From: an uncultured bacterium
Lineage (GTDB): Bacteria > Electryoneota > B3-LCP
DNA length: 61,853 nucleotides
Direction: 5' to 3'
NCBI GenBank assembly: GCA_964623265.1
Contig: CAZUTK010000008.1
Location: forward strand, 1 to 61,853
Within the stretch, counting starts at the first letter, position 1, and every line of letters begins with the position of its first letter. A program made the translations under genes and the position numbers. Positions 19,109 through 28,720 of this stretch are shown here, one piece after another. Below the pieces are notes generated by a model, which saw nothing but the letters and a program-made list of their open reading frames with translations, searched no databases and was not told the origin of the DNA.

Positions 19109-19266
19109 TATAATAAAAAAGCAGTCTTATGGCAAGGATTTTACCAGCAAAGAGTCTTCACGATCAGCCGTTTCACAGATGTTAATAAATCAAACAATGT
19201 ACTATGAGCATTTCGAAGTTCTCACATGTCATCCGACGAAAAAACGTTATTTTCTTGAATATGAGC

Positions 19267-19295
19267 TTGACTTTAAGCGATTTAACGATTATTTT
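19267..19295 (+). promoter_or_regulatory. Candidate sigma70-type promoter of rex
   Basis: TTGACT (19267-72), 17-nt spacer, TATTTT (19290-95), about 32 nt upstream of the rex start. Confidence 0.45.
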
Positions 19296-19313
19296 ATGTT
19301 ATAAAATTAACAG
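19296..19313. promoter_or_regulatory. Candidate Rex operator (autoregulatory)
   Basis: ATGTTATAAAATTAACAG compared with the Rex-box variant TTGTTAA-N4-TTAACAA. The core inverted repeat is TGTTA-N6-TAACA. It lies immediately downstream of the predicted -10. Confidence 0.5.
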
Positions 19314-19326
19314 GTGAGGTGGAGGA

Positions 19327-19995
19327 GTGGAAGAAAACATTCGTAAGAAAATCCCTCATATGACCATCACGCGGCTGGCGCAGTATCTAAACTGTCTGAC
19401 GCTTTTGCCTCGGGAACACTACAAAGAGATCTCTTCCAAAGAACTGGCGGAAAAAATCGGCTTGAAGCCCACGGTCATCCGCCAGGACTTTCATCACTTC
19501 GGCGGATTCGGTCAGGCGGGTTATCGGTATAAGGTGTCGAATCTAATCGAAGGATTGGAAAGGATCTTAGGGTTAGATCAGAAGCAGAACGTCATCATCG
19601 TGGGCGTGGGTCATCTGGGGCAGGCATTAGCCAATTACCGCAATTTCGACCGTCTGGGTCTGAATCTGGTGGGGCTTTTCGACATTAACCCCAAGCTGAT
19701 CGGCATCACGATCCGCGATGTTCGGGTGCGGGATATTGACGAGATCCCCGTCGTTGTTTCCCGGGAAAACGTCAGCATCGGAATCATCACAACCCCGCCC
19801 GATGCAGCTCAGAGCACTGCCAACCTGATGATCGAAGCCGGCATCCGGGGAATCTGGAACTTTTCCCCGACCAACGTCAGCGGACCGCCGCATGTGATCA
19901 TCCAGAACGAGCACCTCTCCGTGGGGATGATGACGCTTTCCTATCGGGTGAAGCAGTGCAGCCAACCGCCGCCTGCGAAGATGACTCTGAGATAA
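19327..19995 (+). CDS. rex: Redox-sensing transcriptional repressor Rex
   Basis: RLAQYLNCL..ISSKELAEKIGLKPTVIRQDFHHFGGFGQAGYRY winged helix plus the Rossmann motif IIVGVGHLGQALANY. GTG start after AGGTGAGGTGGAGGA; an alternative ATG lies at 19360. Confidence 0.9.
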   Translation: MEENIRKKIPHMTITRLAQYLNCLTLLPREHYKEISSKELAEKIGLKPTVIRQDFHHFGGFGQAGYRYKVSNLIEGLERILGLDQKQNVIIVGVGHLGQALANYRNFDRLGLNLVGLFDINPKLIGITIRDVRVRDIDEIPVVVSRENVSIGIITTPPDAAQSTANLMIEAGIRGIWNFSPTNVSGPPHVIIQNEHLSVGMMTLSYRVKQCSQPPPAKMTLR

Positions 19996-20001
19996 TCCAT
20001 A

Positions 20002-20026
20002 GAAAAGCGGCGATACGCCGCTTTTC
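20002..20026. terminator. Bidirectional rho-independent terminator between convergent rex and the metal ABC permease gene
   Basis: GAAAAGCGGCG-ATA-CGCCGCTTTTC. The GC stem is flanked by an A-run and a T-run. Confidence 0.75.
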
Positions 20027-20034
20027 CTTTCATA

Positions 20035-20886
20035 TCATCCACGCCGGTTCGCGCGAATCACCTTGAAGCCGAAACTGAGGAGAAATATCCCCACGCCGAC
20101 GAGGATCACCGTCGCACCAGCCGCCGACCCCCACCGGAAAGATAAATACAATCCCGTCACGGAAGAAACACCTGCCACCACAGACGCCCACCAGAAAAGA
20201 CCGCTGGCGCTCTTCGCCAGATTCCTCGCCGCGGCGGCGGGAACGACGAGCAATGCGGTCACCAGCAATAACCCTACGGCTCGCAACGCCACCATCACCA
20301 AAAATGCCAGGAGCATTCCGTAGGTCATCTCCCAGAACGCCGGTTGGATGCCGCGCGAGTGCGCCAGGGGGGGATTCATCGCCAGCAGCAGGAAACGGTT
20401 AAAGGCGATCCACTGGAAAAGAGCGATCGTCGCGCACAGCAACAAGATCCCCCAGAGTTCCGCAGAACTTACCGCCAGAATATCGCCGAAGAGCACGCCT
20501 TCAAAGTAGCGCCCCAACCCGCGCCGCGCGGAGACGATCACGATGCCCAGCGCCACCACCGCCGCGAAAAAGACGCCGATCACCGTATCCGTCGAAAGCT
20601 CCGCTTTCCGCGCGAAAATCAGAACGCCGCAGCCGACCAATACCCCGAAACCGATCATACTGAGATTCGGATTCATCCCTAAAATCAACCCGAGGGCGAC
20701 GCCGGTGAAGGCGGAATGGGAGATGGCATCCGAAAAGAACGCCATCCGCAGGCTGACCACTTGCACCCCCATCGCCGCGCAAGCTGGCGCAATCAACACT
20801 AAGCCGATCAGAGCGCGGCGCATAAACGCAGGTTCCAGCCAGTCGAACGGCAAGAGCTTCGCAATCAGATTAATCAGTGCGTCCAC
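20035..20886 (-). CDS. Metal (Zn/Mn) ABC transporter permease, cluster-9 type
   Basis: 283-aa polytopic protein with ZnuB/MntB-like organisation. It overlaps the ATPase gene by 17 nt. Confidence 0.85.
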   Translation of the reverse strand: MDALINLIAKLLPFDWLEPAFMRRALIGLVLIAPACAAMGVQVVSLRMAFFSDAISHSAFTGVALGLILGMNPNLSMIGFGVLVGCGVLIFARKAELSTDTVIGVFFAAVVALGIVIVSARRGLGRYFEGVLFGDILAVSSAELWGILLLCATIALFQWIAFNRFLLLAMNPPLAHSRGIQPAFWEMTYGMLLAFLVMVALRAVGLLLVTALLVVPAAAARNLAKSASGLFWWASVVAGVSSVTGLYLSFRWGSAAGATVILVGVGIFLLSFGFKVIRANRRG

Positions 20887-21649
20887 GCGGCTCCCCCGAT
20901 TGCGATGAATCCGGATGAGTGTGCGAATGCGTGAAGACCTGCGCGTGCGGACTGAAAACGCGCTTCAGATTGTCGTCGGTCATCACCTGCGCCACCGGAC
21001 CGTGGCAGATGATGTTTTTGTTCAAACAGAGGACGTTTTTGGCGTGAGTTGTCACGACGGACAGGTCGTGGCTAACCAGCAGCGTGGTGATCGCCGCTTC
21101 GCGGGAGACTTCATCCAGAATATCGCAGAAAAGCGCTTCGCCGGCGATGTCCACCGCAGCCGCCGGCTCATCCAGAAGCAAAACGGCCGGATTCGCAAGC
21201 AACGCTTGAGCCAGCAGGACGCGCTGCGTTTCACCGCCGGATAACTTGCCCATAGGCGAATGAAAAATCGCGGCCATCCCCAGACGCTCGAGCGCAGCCA
21301 GTGTGCGCTGTTCCGTTCGACGGCTGACGCCGAACCAGAGGGGCTTATGCGTCAACACCGAGCACAAGAAATCCCGCACGGTGATGGGAGAACCGCGATC
21401 CAAATCCAGCCTCTGCGGGACGTATCCGATGGTGGGGCGCCTGCTGTTTCCCTCGCGTCCAAAATAGATATTGCCCTTGTAGGGCAATAATCCGAGGATG
21501 GCATGCAGGAGCGTCGTCTTGCCCGCTCCGTTGGGACCCATTACCGCGGTCAAGACCCCTTTTTCGATCGAAGCATTCAGATTGTCCAGGATGACGCGGC
21601 CGCCGAGCGTTACTGAAACGTCATCCAGAATCACGGCGAATTCCGTCAT
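20870..21649 (-). CDS. Metal (Zn/Mn) ABC transporter ATP-binding protein
   Basis: Walker A GPNGAGKTT, signature LSGGETQR, Walker B LLLDEP. The C-terminus is His-rich (HSHTHPDS). Confidence 0.88.
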   Translation of the reverse strand: MTEFAVILDDVSVTLGGRVILDNLNASIEKGVLTAVMGPNGAGKTTLLHAILGLLPYKGNIYFGREGNSRRPTIGYVPQRLDLDRGSPITVRDFLCSVLTHKPLWFGVSRRTEQRTLAALERLGMAAIFHSPMGKLSGGETQRVLLAQALLANPAVLLLDEPAAAVDIAGEALFCDILDEVSREAAITTLLVSHDLSVVTTHAKNVLCLNKNIICHGPVAQVMTDDNLKRVFSPHAQVFTHSHTHPDSSQSGEPRGRTD

Positions 21650-21655
21650 TTCCGA

Positions 21656-22627
21656 CTACTTCTCGACCGTTGCCGACAAGGCTAGACCCAAGACCGCTAT
21701 GTTCGACCTCATGGCGCGCAGATAGGAATCGAGATCGGCTTCACCCGAAGCCGCGGGATCCAGCGAATAAACCGGCACCCCCGTCTCTGCGGCAAGTGTC
21801 AGCGCCAATTTATTGGAGTACTGCGGTTCCGAAAAGATCGCCGCTGGTTTTTCGCGCTTGATCATTTTTGCCAACTCCGCCAGATTCTTCGCCGACGGTT
21901 CGACACCGGGTTCGGGTTCGATCACGCCGATGACTTCCAGACCGACATCCTTCGCGAAATAATCGAACGCGCGGTGGAAGGTTATGATCTTTTTATTGCG
22001 GGCGGCAAAAACCAGCGCTGCGCATTCCCGCCCCAGAGAATCCAGAGTTGAGGCATAAATCCGCGCGTTCTCGAGAAGGCGGTCTGCTGCTTCCGGACGG
22101 ATCTTCGCCAACTGTTCGGCGATGTACCGGGTCATCTCCACCGCGCGGACCGGGCTGACCCAGGCGTGGGGATTCTTCATATGAAGAGCTTCGCTCCGCG
22201 AAGATCCGTGTGTCTGCTTGATGTCTTCTTCGCCTTCCGCGGCGTCTTCGCCGAGAACCAGCGTCAAGCCGGCGGATGCGTCAATGATCCGCAGATCCGA
22301 ACGCATTGCGGCGGGAATTCCTTCCAGAAATCTCTCCATTCCCAGACCGTTTATGACCAGCACATCCGCCTGTTCGAGACGGTGGACTTCTGCCGGCGTC
22401 AGGCTGTAATCGTGCGGACAGCCGATTGCCGGCGAGACTAAGACCGAAACGCGCATGCCCGATATGCCCTCAACGATGTTCTGCGTCATCACGTAGATCG
22501 GCAGAAAGGTGCAGACGACCTGCAGATCGGTGCTTTTCGCTTTTTCCGAGCGCTTTTCGCAGCCATTGACACCCAGTATCAGCAAGGGGACCCATAGAAG
22601 GAACGCGGCGGTTCTCGCGGATTTCAT
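21656..22627 (-). CDS. Metal (Zn/Mn) ABC transporter substrate-binding lipoprotein (TroA/ZnuA-like)
   Basis: Signal peptide with lipobox LGVNGC, conserved His/Asp ligand contexts (GCPHDY, NPHAW), and an acidic loop AAEGEEDIKQTHG. The ATG at 22627 follows GAGAGGA; the ORF track opens at GTG 22639. Confidence 0.82.
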   Translation of the reverse strand: MKSARTAAFLLWVPLLILGVNGCEKRSEKAKSTDLQVVCTFLPIYVMTQNIVEGISGMRVSVLVSPAIGCPHDYSLTPAEVHRLEQADVLVINGLGMERFLEGIPAAMRSDLRIIDASAGLTLVLGEDAAEGEEDIKQTHGSSRSEALHMKNPHAWVSPVRAVEMTRYIAEQLAKIRPEAADRLLENARIYASTLDSLGRECAALVFAARNKKIITFHRAFDYFAKDVGLEVIGVIEPEPGVEPSAKNLAELAKMIKREKPAAIFSEPQYSNKLALTLAAETGVPVYSLDPAASGEADLDSYLRAMRSNIAVLGLALSATVEK

Positions 22628-22635
22628 TTTTCCTC

Positions 22636-24522
22636 TCACTCCTCGATCTGCGGCAACTGGAACAAGAGGGTATTGCGAGTTTTCTCATCCGCGGACAAGA
22701 TGACAGCGCGCCAGGCGTTCCAATGTTCCGCCGCGACTACGGCTTCGGAAAATATCACGGAACGAGTCAATTTATATGAGCCGTTTCCTTTCACGGCATC
22801 ATCGCGGTAGGAAACTCCGGGCGCAGAATCCCGTCTGGATCCGGGAAGCAGTGCAGGGATCCAATTTTCAGGATACTGGATTTGCAGATTCAGGGCGAAT
22901 GATCCTGCTTCGTGCAGATGCAGCGGCAAATCACGTCTGGGATAGTTCAGCGCGATCCCCGCTGGGAGCAAATCCTCCAGGCGGCTGATTTTCCAGGGAA
23001 GTTCCAGCTTCACCAGGCGATGCGTGGAATCCATTTTCGCTTCGAATTTCAGCGGCGACTTGGCTTCAACCTGAGTGGGTTCCATCACCAGCCACTGCGG
23101 ATCGGTGAGCTCGAGGCCGTCGGCGAAATCCTTCATCCAGCCCTCCAGCCAATCTTTGGCTCCTGTCGAACGCGCTTGATCATACTGCGCCAGAGCTCCC
23201 GAAGTCTTCAAAGATACCCAGCCTTGCGCAGATTGATCTTCCCGGATCGTGATGCCGAGATCCAGCCAGATGCGGTTCTGATCCGCCGCGGTCGCCGGTA
23301 TCACCCGCGGCTCGACTGCGGGACTGATTCCCAACAGCGTAATGCCGTCCGGAATCCGATAGGTCAGGTGATGATCCATCGGGTACAGCCACGCGTCGAA
23401 GCGGTCCAGCCGAAGATGAACGACGTATTGTTCCCTGCCTGTAAAACCGGGCACCGCCAACGAATTGGAAACGAGAAGATACACTTCCGGCCGCATTTCC
23501 AGCGCCGATAACGCGGATGCGTAGAGCACCGCCAGATCGGCGGGACCGCCGTATCCGGTGGAATAAATGCGATCCGCCGGACGAAAGGCGAATTTCAATG
23601 CCTCGTCGTCGAAGGATTTCACCGCGATGCGATTTTTCACGAACGCGAGCAAGGAGTCGAGCTTCTGTTCGTGAGAATTCAAGTCGGCAATCGGCTTTAA
23701 ATCCGCGCGCAACACGGCGTTTTGCGCCGCCGCTTCTTCGAAACGTTTTTCTGAATCTCGCAAGAGAGCGCTCCAATCCCTGCACGTGGTGAAACTAATG
23801 CGAGGCAGATCCGATTCCGGTTTCGTCCCCGGATCCGAGATGCGGTAGGCGGGCAGATCGTTCATCACCCAAATGTAAACGTCGTTGCGTTCATCCAACC
23901 TGCGCAGTGATTTGGGCGCGCCGTTTTCTTCCTTCACCGTCAAGCCTACACCCATCCCCGCCTGCACGGTCACTTCGCGGTGCAGAATCGGCTCCTCGCC
24001 GCCGAAAATCACTTCGCCCCACCCCCAGGGATACAGGGGTTCCGTGTCCCGGATGCGGTATTTCAGTTCTGTGACGGCACGGGTTTCGATACCCAGATGA
24101 GTGACGACCATCTGGTGGATGTGCGTGAAATCGGGCGCCAGATCCAGCCCGAAAGGAACCATCGGATTAAAACCGTTGGGTGTGGTGTCAATCTTTCGCC
24201 CGTCTTCCGTATGCACCCGGCTGATCAAGATTTCCAGCTCTTGACGTTCCGTATCCCAGGCGATATGCGGATCACCGTAGTCATCCCAGGCGTTATCGGT
24301 TCTTAAATAGCGGATGATGTGCTCTTCTCTTTCCATACGCCCGTCATTCTGGATGGTGATCGTCGTACCGTGGTACAGGATGGCGCTGTCGGATGCGGGC
24401 AGAAGATCGGCGCGCGTACGCTCCTTCAGGATGGATTCCACATCCACCGCGCCGGCAAGCACGGCGCCAATCCCGAGAAGCCCCAGAGCTGCAACGATCA
24501 AGATGATTTTATCGCATCGCAT
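22636..24522 (-). CDS. Exported DUF3857/transglutaminase-like paralogue lacking the catalytic cysteine
   Basis: N-terminal anchor MRCDKIILIVAALGLLGIGAVLAG. Its architecture parallels the upstream gene. The core region reads GYGGPADLAVLYASALSALEMRP where the paralogue has AGVCKDIAGMSITLLRALGYTV. Its start is 2 nt after the upstream stop. Confidence 0.65.
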   Translation of the reverse strand: MRCDKIILIVAALGLLGIGAVLAGAVDVESILKERTRADLLPASDSAILYHGTTITIQNDGRMEREEHIIRYLRTDNAWDDYGDPHIAWDTERQELEILISRVHTEDGRKIDTTPNGFNPMVPFGLDLAPDFTHIHQMVVTHLGIETRAVTELKYRIRDTEPLYPWGWGEVIFGGEEPILHREVTVQAGMGVGLTVKEENGAPKSLRRLDERNDVYIWVMNDLPAYRISDPGTKPESDLPRISFTTCRDWSALLRDSEKRFEEAAAQNAVLRADLKPIADLNSHEQKLDSLLAFVKNRIAVKSFDDEALKFAFRPADRIYSTGYGGPADLAVLYASALSALEMRPEVYLLVSNSLAVPGFTGREQYVVHLRLDRFDAWLYPMDHHLTYRIPDGITLLGISPAVEPRVIPATAADQNRIWLDLGITIREDQSAQGWVSLKTSGALAQYDQARSTGAKDWLEGWMKDFADGLELTDPQWLVMEPTQVEAKSPLKFEAKMDSTHRLVKLELPWKISRLEDLLPAGIALNYPRRDLPLHLHEAGSFALNLQIQYPENWIPALLPGSRRDSAPGVSYRDDAVKGNGSYKLTRSVIFSEAVVAAEHWNAWRAVILSADEKTRNTLLFQLPQIEE

Positions 24523-24524
24523 AT

Positions 24525-26495
24525 TTATGATCCTTTCTTAATCAGCCAGGTTTCCTTGGAGAAATCTTTTACGGCGTCGTAAGATCCTTTAACTTCCGGG
24601 TAATACTCCTTCTGCACAGTCCTCTGCGTGACGAGATACGTGAGTTTCGACTGCAATTGATCCCGCTGCTGCTTGACTTCAATGGTCGCAGATGCGAATT
24701 CGCCTTTCACGTCTGCAGTCGAATGCTGGTCCGCCAGGATATATCCCTTGGGGAGAGTCACCGTCTCGAGGATCGTCACCAGACGGGGGTTCCACAACAG
24801 CATGGGATTCTGCCGTTCTTTCGCCTTCATTTCATACACGAAATCGAAGGTCCGCGGGGATGCCTGGGCGAATTTCGCCGCCGCGGGGGAATAGATCAGG
24901 CTGTGGTCCGCCTTCAACGCATATCCCGGCGCCCTGAAACGAATCTCGATGCGAGCCGGCTTCGAAAGGTCGCCAAGCCCGATGCACTCCGCACTCAAGA
25001 CCTCCGCATTGGGGGCGATGAACGCCACCCAATCGGCGTACATTTTCTGGTGATTCTGCGCGGGTGTATACGCGACTCCCCGGCGGATGCGGGTATCCCC
25101 ATAAGCGGTGCCGTCCACGGTGATCACTCCTTCCAGATCGCCGTCGGCGTTCAGGCTCCCACGCAGATGGATGTTGGTTTTATTCTCTTCGGCGGTGAAC
25201 GACCGTGTCGCGGTCAGATCCTCGCCTTCCGGTGAGCCGATGACGTAATTCTGCTCGCCTTCCGCCGGGCTCCAGACGTCCATCCCGTAGGGAGCCCAAG
25301 TGGGGTCAATCATCGTGTAGGATCCGTCTTCCCGCTTAACCGCCACGACGCAATGGTTGAATTGATCAGCGGGGATGCGTTCCACGCGAGCGCCCGCCAT
25401 AGTCATGGCGGGGTAAACCGTGTAGCCTAACGCTCGAAGCAACGTGATGGACATTCCGGCGATGTCCTTGCAGACGCCGGCTCGGTCATGCAGCGTCATA
25501 ATCCCGGGATGCAGCGTATATCCTTCGCCTTTGCCCATAGAAATGCCGGAATAACGGATATTCTGCGCTGTCCAGTGGAGGACAGCGGCGATCTTCTCGT
25601 CGTCGCTCTTCAGCCCGCGGATAATTTCGCGCGCCGTCTCGCGTACGTCGTCGTTTGCGGCGAAGACGGGATCATTCACTTCGAAGAACCAGCGGGATTT
25701 TTCCTGCCAATCCTTCACGGTCGCCAGCACGACCTTGGGAATGAAATCCGTGGCGTCCGGCTGGCGGGGTTCATGCGCATAGACCGGCACGTTCTTCTTC
25801 CAGAATTTATAAACCAGCAAGGTATCTTCGAAGGTCAGCGATGAAAACACCTCGCCGTTATAGACGGAGAATTGCGCGGGGAGATGCTTCGAGATGTACA
25901 TCGTGTAAACCTTCTCCCGGATCGGATCATTGCCCTGGAAGGTGATCACATCGTAGAAATGGCCGCGCATCGGCGGGATATATTTCTCTTCATCCTCGCC
26001 GCCGGCGGGATCGTCGAGATACGCGATTTGAAACCCTTTCTTGTAGGTCTCCATCTCCACGGCATCGCCGGGATTCAGCCGCGGCAATTCGAGCACCTTC
26101 ATGCGAGCTCCCCAGTAGATCATGCTCTGGGGCTGCGGATGATCCAGCACCTGCGCCAGATCAACCACCTCCACGATCCCATCGGAACGGTGCACCGCCA
26201 CCCGCCTGGGTTCGAAAATGTTGGAGGCGGGATCGTAATCGAAGCGCAGCGCCGTCAGGCGCCGGGCTCCGTCCCAGGTCAGCACCTTCAGCAGTTGATG
26301 GCTGGTGACATGGGACAAACCGGTATTCTCCACAATGACGCGGGTGGAATCGAATACGACGGCTACATCGGCGTCTCGATAGATCCCCTCCCCGCCGACT
26401 TCCTTCAAGATCTGCTGATAGGGGTTCTCTTGCGCCATGGCCGCCGGCAGCCAGAGCAGGCTGACTATGAGGCTTCCCGCAGACAGGAATTTCAT
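24525..26495 (-). CDS. Exported DUF3857 + transglutaminase-core + DUF3858-like protein (putative cysteine protease/transglutaminase)
   Basis: Signal peptide MKFLSAGSLIVSLLWLPAAMAQ. Cys-His-Asp triad context GVCKDIAG .. FNHCVVAV .. MIDPTW. The ORF track opens at 26654; the ATG at 26495 is used. Confidence 0.7.
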   Translation of the reverse strand: MKFLSAGSLIVSLLWLPAAMAQENPYQQILKEVGGEGIYRDADVAVVFDSTRVIVENTGLSHVTSHQLLKVLTWDGARRLTALRFDYDPASNIFEPRRVAVHRSDGIVEVVDLAQVLDHPQPQSMIYWGARMKVLELPRLNPGDAVEMETYKKGFQIAYLDDPAGGEDEEKYIPPMRGHFYDVITFQGNDPIREKVYTMYISKHLPAQFSVYNGEVFSSLTFEDTLLVYKFWKKNVPVYAHEPRQPDATDFIPKVVLATVKDWQEKSRWFFEVNDPVFAANDDVRETAREIIRGLKSDDEKIAAVLHWTAQNIRYSGISMGKGEGYTLHPGIMTLHDRAGVCKDIAGMSITLLRALGYTVYPAMTMAGARVERIPADQFNHCVVAVKREDGSYTMIDPTWAPYGMDVWSPAEGEQNYVIGSPEGEDLTATRSFTAEENKTNIHLRGSLNADGDLEGVITVDGTAYGDTRIRRGVAYTPAQNHQKMYADWVAFIAPNAEVLSAECIGLGDLSKPARIEIRFRAPGYALKADHSLIYSPAAAKFAQASPRTFDFVYEMKAKERQNPMLLWNPRLVTILETVTLPKGYILADQHSTADVKGEFASATIEVKQQRDQLQSKLTYLVTQRTVQKEYYPEVKGSYDAVKDFSKETWLIKKGS

Positions 26496-26648
26496 CTTTT
26501 TCTTCACAATCTCCCTCGATCTCCTTGGTGATTCATTTCGTGACCTAAATTTAAGCTCGGCAGGATTCAATTGCAAGAAAAAGCCTTCTTTCTTCTCTTT
26601 TGCAGGTGTTCTTCTTCGCTTCAGATGAACAGTCGCAGATCTTTGCGC

Positions 26649-26677
26649 TTGCATCCAGGGCCCCCCGATCTTATATT
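26649..26677 (+). promoter_or_regulatory. Candidate sigma70-type promoter of the M1 aminopeptidase gene
   Basis: TTGCAT, 17 nt, TATATT, 30 nt upstream of the ATG at 26708. Confidence 0.45.
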
Positions 26678-26707
26678 TGGGCTATCGCATCTCAACTCGA
26701 GGTCATC

Positions 26708-28720
26708 ATGTCGTCACGAATTCCCGCTCTCTGCGGAATCATCCTGCTGCTGTGCAGCTCCTCGTCAGCCGTTCCTGAAAATCCACCCGCCTGCTATCGG
26801 GAGTTATTTCAAGCGAGAGAAGCCCGCGGACCCGCGAGGCTCGCAACCGATGCGCTGGACGACGAAACCGGCTACGACGTCCTCCATTACAACCTGGAAA
26901 TCCGCTTCGACCCACTCTACGAATCCGTCCAGGGAAGCGTGGAGATTCTGCTCGCCGGCACGCAGGCGAACCTGACACAGATCCCGCTGCATCTGCGCAA
27001 CAATATGGTGGTGGACAGCGTGACGGTTAACGGCGCCGCCGCAACGTTCACCCTCACCTGGGTGGATGATTTCACGGTGGATCTGCCTCAGGCGATCGGC
27101 ATCGGCGATTCCGCCCGGATGCGGATCTATTATCACGGCTTCCCCATCGGCGGGGTGATGGGAGCGCTCTCCTGGGGCTCCACGGGGGGCGGCGCGACGC
27201 TCATCTCCTCGCTTTCCGAGCCGGAAGGAGCCCGCACCTGGTGGCCCTGCAAAGATATGCCCTGCGACAAAGCCACGGCGCGTATGGTCTGGACGGTTCC
27301 GGCGGAGCTTTACGCCACCGGCAACGGTCTGTTGCAGAGCGTAACGACGCCCGAACCCGGCTGGAAATCTTACGAATGGGTGGAAAATTACCCCATCACA
27401 ACCTATCTCATCGCGGTTACAGCGACGAACTTCGCTCATTTCCGCGATTGGTATGTGACGATGGTGGGAGATTCCGTCCCGTTGGATCACTATGTCTATC
27501 CGGAAGATTCCCTGAACGCAACCATCGAATTTGCGGATTTACCAGAGGTTATGGAATATTTCGCCTCCATCTTCGGGGAATATCCCTTCTGGGAAGAGAA
27601 ATACGGACATGCGGAATTCCCCTTCGGCGGCGCGATGGAACACCAGACGCTGACGTCCTACGGCGCGGGCTTGATCAACGGCACCGGCAATTACCATTAC
27701 ATCATGGTGCACGAACTGTCGCATCAGTGGTGGGGGGATCTGGTGACCTGCGAGACTTGGATGGATCTCTGGCTGAACGAAGGTTTCGCCACCTATTGCG
27801 ACGCTTTGTGGTACGACTACGATCAAGGATTCCAGGCGTTTCAGAACCGCATGGAGGAATTCCGTCAGGTTTATTTTTGGTCGGAGAGCGTGCCCAGCCA
27901 GGGACGCTTCCCGATTTATGATCCTCAATATCTCTGGGGCGGAACCGTTTATCAGAAAGGCGCCTGGATCCTCCATATGATCCGCTACGTCATCGGCGAA
28001 GACAACTTCTGGAATTTCTGGTATCAATATCGGGATGAATTCGGTTTCGACGCCGTCACGACTCAAGAATATCAGCAAGCGTTGGAGGATTTCACCGGCA
28101 TGGATCTGGATTGGTTCTTTGACGAATGGGTCTATATGGCGGGTTATCCGGAGTATCAATGGGGCTGGACTTCACAAGCTCAGGGCGAAGACAGTTCCCT
28201 GGTATCCATTTCCCTCCGCCAGGTGCAGCAACTGGTGAATCAGACGCCCGTTTTCACCATGCCGATTCCGTTGCAGATCGTGAAAAACACCGGCGAAGAG
28301 CTTGTGACGATTTGGAACACGCAATCCGCTCAGAATTTCCACATCCCCGTCAGCGGCAGCGTGCAGGACGTCGTCTTTGATCCACAAATTTGGATTCTGA
28401 AAACGGCGGTGGAAGTGCCCTACGTGAGCGTTGCAGAAGGAAAGACCTCTCTCCCCGTGACTCAGGCGTTGTTGAACATCGCCCCCAATCCGGCGAATCC
28501 AACCGCAAGGATCCTCTTCGGATTGCCGCGCCCTCAACATGCGACTCTGACGATTTACAACCCTGCGGGGCAGGTGATCGCCAGACTGTTCGACGGCGTA
28601 TCCTGCGAAGGCGAGATGAGTGTTTTCTGGGATGGATCCAACCACAGTTCCGGCATCTATCTGGTGCGTTTAGATGCAGAAACGGGCCATCTGACGCAAA
28701 AACTGACGCTATTAAAGTAA
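26708..28720 (+). CDS. Secreted M1-family zinc aminopeptidase with T9SS C-terminal sorting domain
   Basis: Signal peptide MSSRIPALCGIILLLCSSSSA. GAMEHQT (GxMEN), HELSHQWWGD (HExxH) and WLNEGFATY. The C-terminus NPANPTARI..GIYLVRLDAETGHLTQKLTLLK is a type-A T9SS CTD. Confidence 0.88.
   Translation: MSSRIPALCGIILLLCSSSSAVPENPPACYRELFQAREARGPARLATDALDDETGYDVLHYNLEIRFDPLYESVQGSVEILLAGTQANLTQIPLHLRNNMVVDSVTVNGAAATFTLTWVDDFTVDLPQAIGIGDSARMRIYYHGFPIGGVMGALSWGSTGGGATLISSLSEPEGARTWWPCKDMPCDKATARMVWTVPAELYATGNGLLQSVTTPEPGWKSYEWVENYPITTYLIAVTATNFAHFRDWYVTMVGDSVPLDHYVYPEDSLNATIEFADLPEVMEYFASIFGEYPFWEEKYGHAEFPFGGAMEHQTLTSYGAGLINGTGNYHYIMVHELSHQWWGDLVTCETWMDLWLNEGFATYCDALWYDYDQGFQAFQNRMEEFRQVYFWSESVPSQGRFPIYDPQYLWGGTVYQKGAWILHMIRYVIGEDNFWNFWYQYRDEFGFDAVTTQEYQQALEDFTGMDLDWFFDEWVYMAGYPEYQWGWTSQAQGEDSSLVSISLRQVQQLVNQTPVFTMPIPLQIVKNTGEELVTIWNTQSAQNFHIPVSGSVQDVVFDPQIWILKTAVEVPYVSVAEGKTSLPVTQALLNIAPNPANPTARILFGLPRPQHATLTIYNPAGQVIARLFDGVSCEGEMSVFWDGSNHSSGIYLVRLDAETGHLTQKLTLLK

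Noticed and set aside
19109-19326. T-box leader upstream of trpS.
   Set aside because: The minus strand has no T-box sequence (AAnnnGGGTGGTACCGCG-like) and no specifier or antiterminator architecture. The region is short, AT-rich and shared with the divergent rex promoter.
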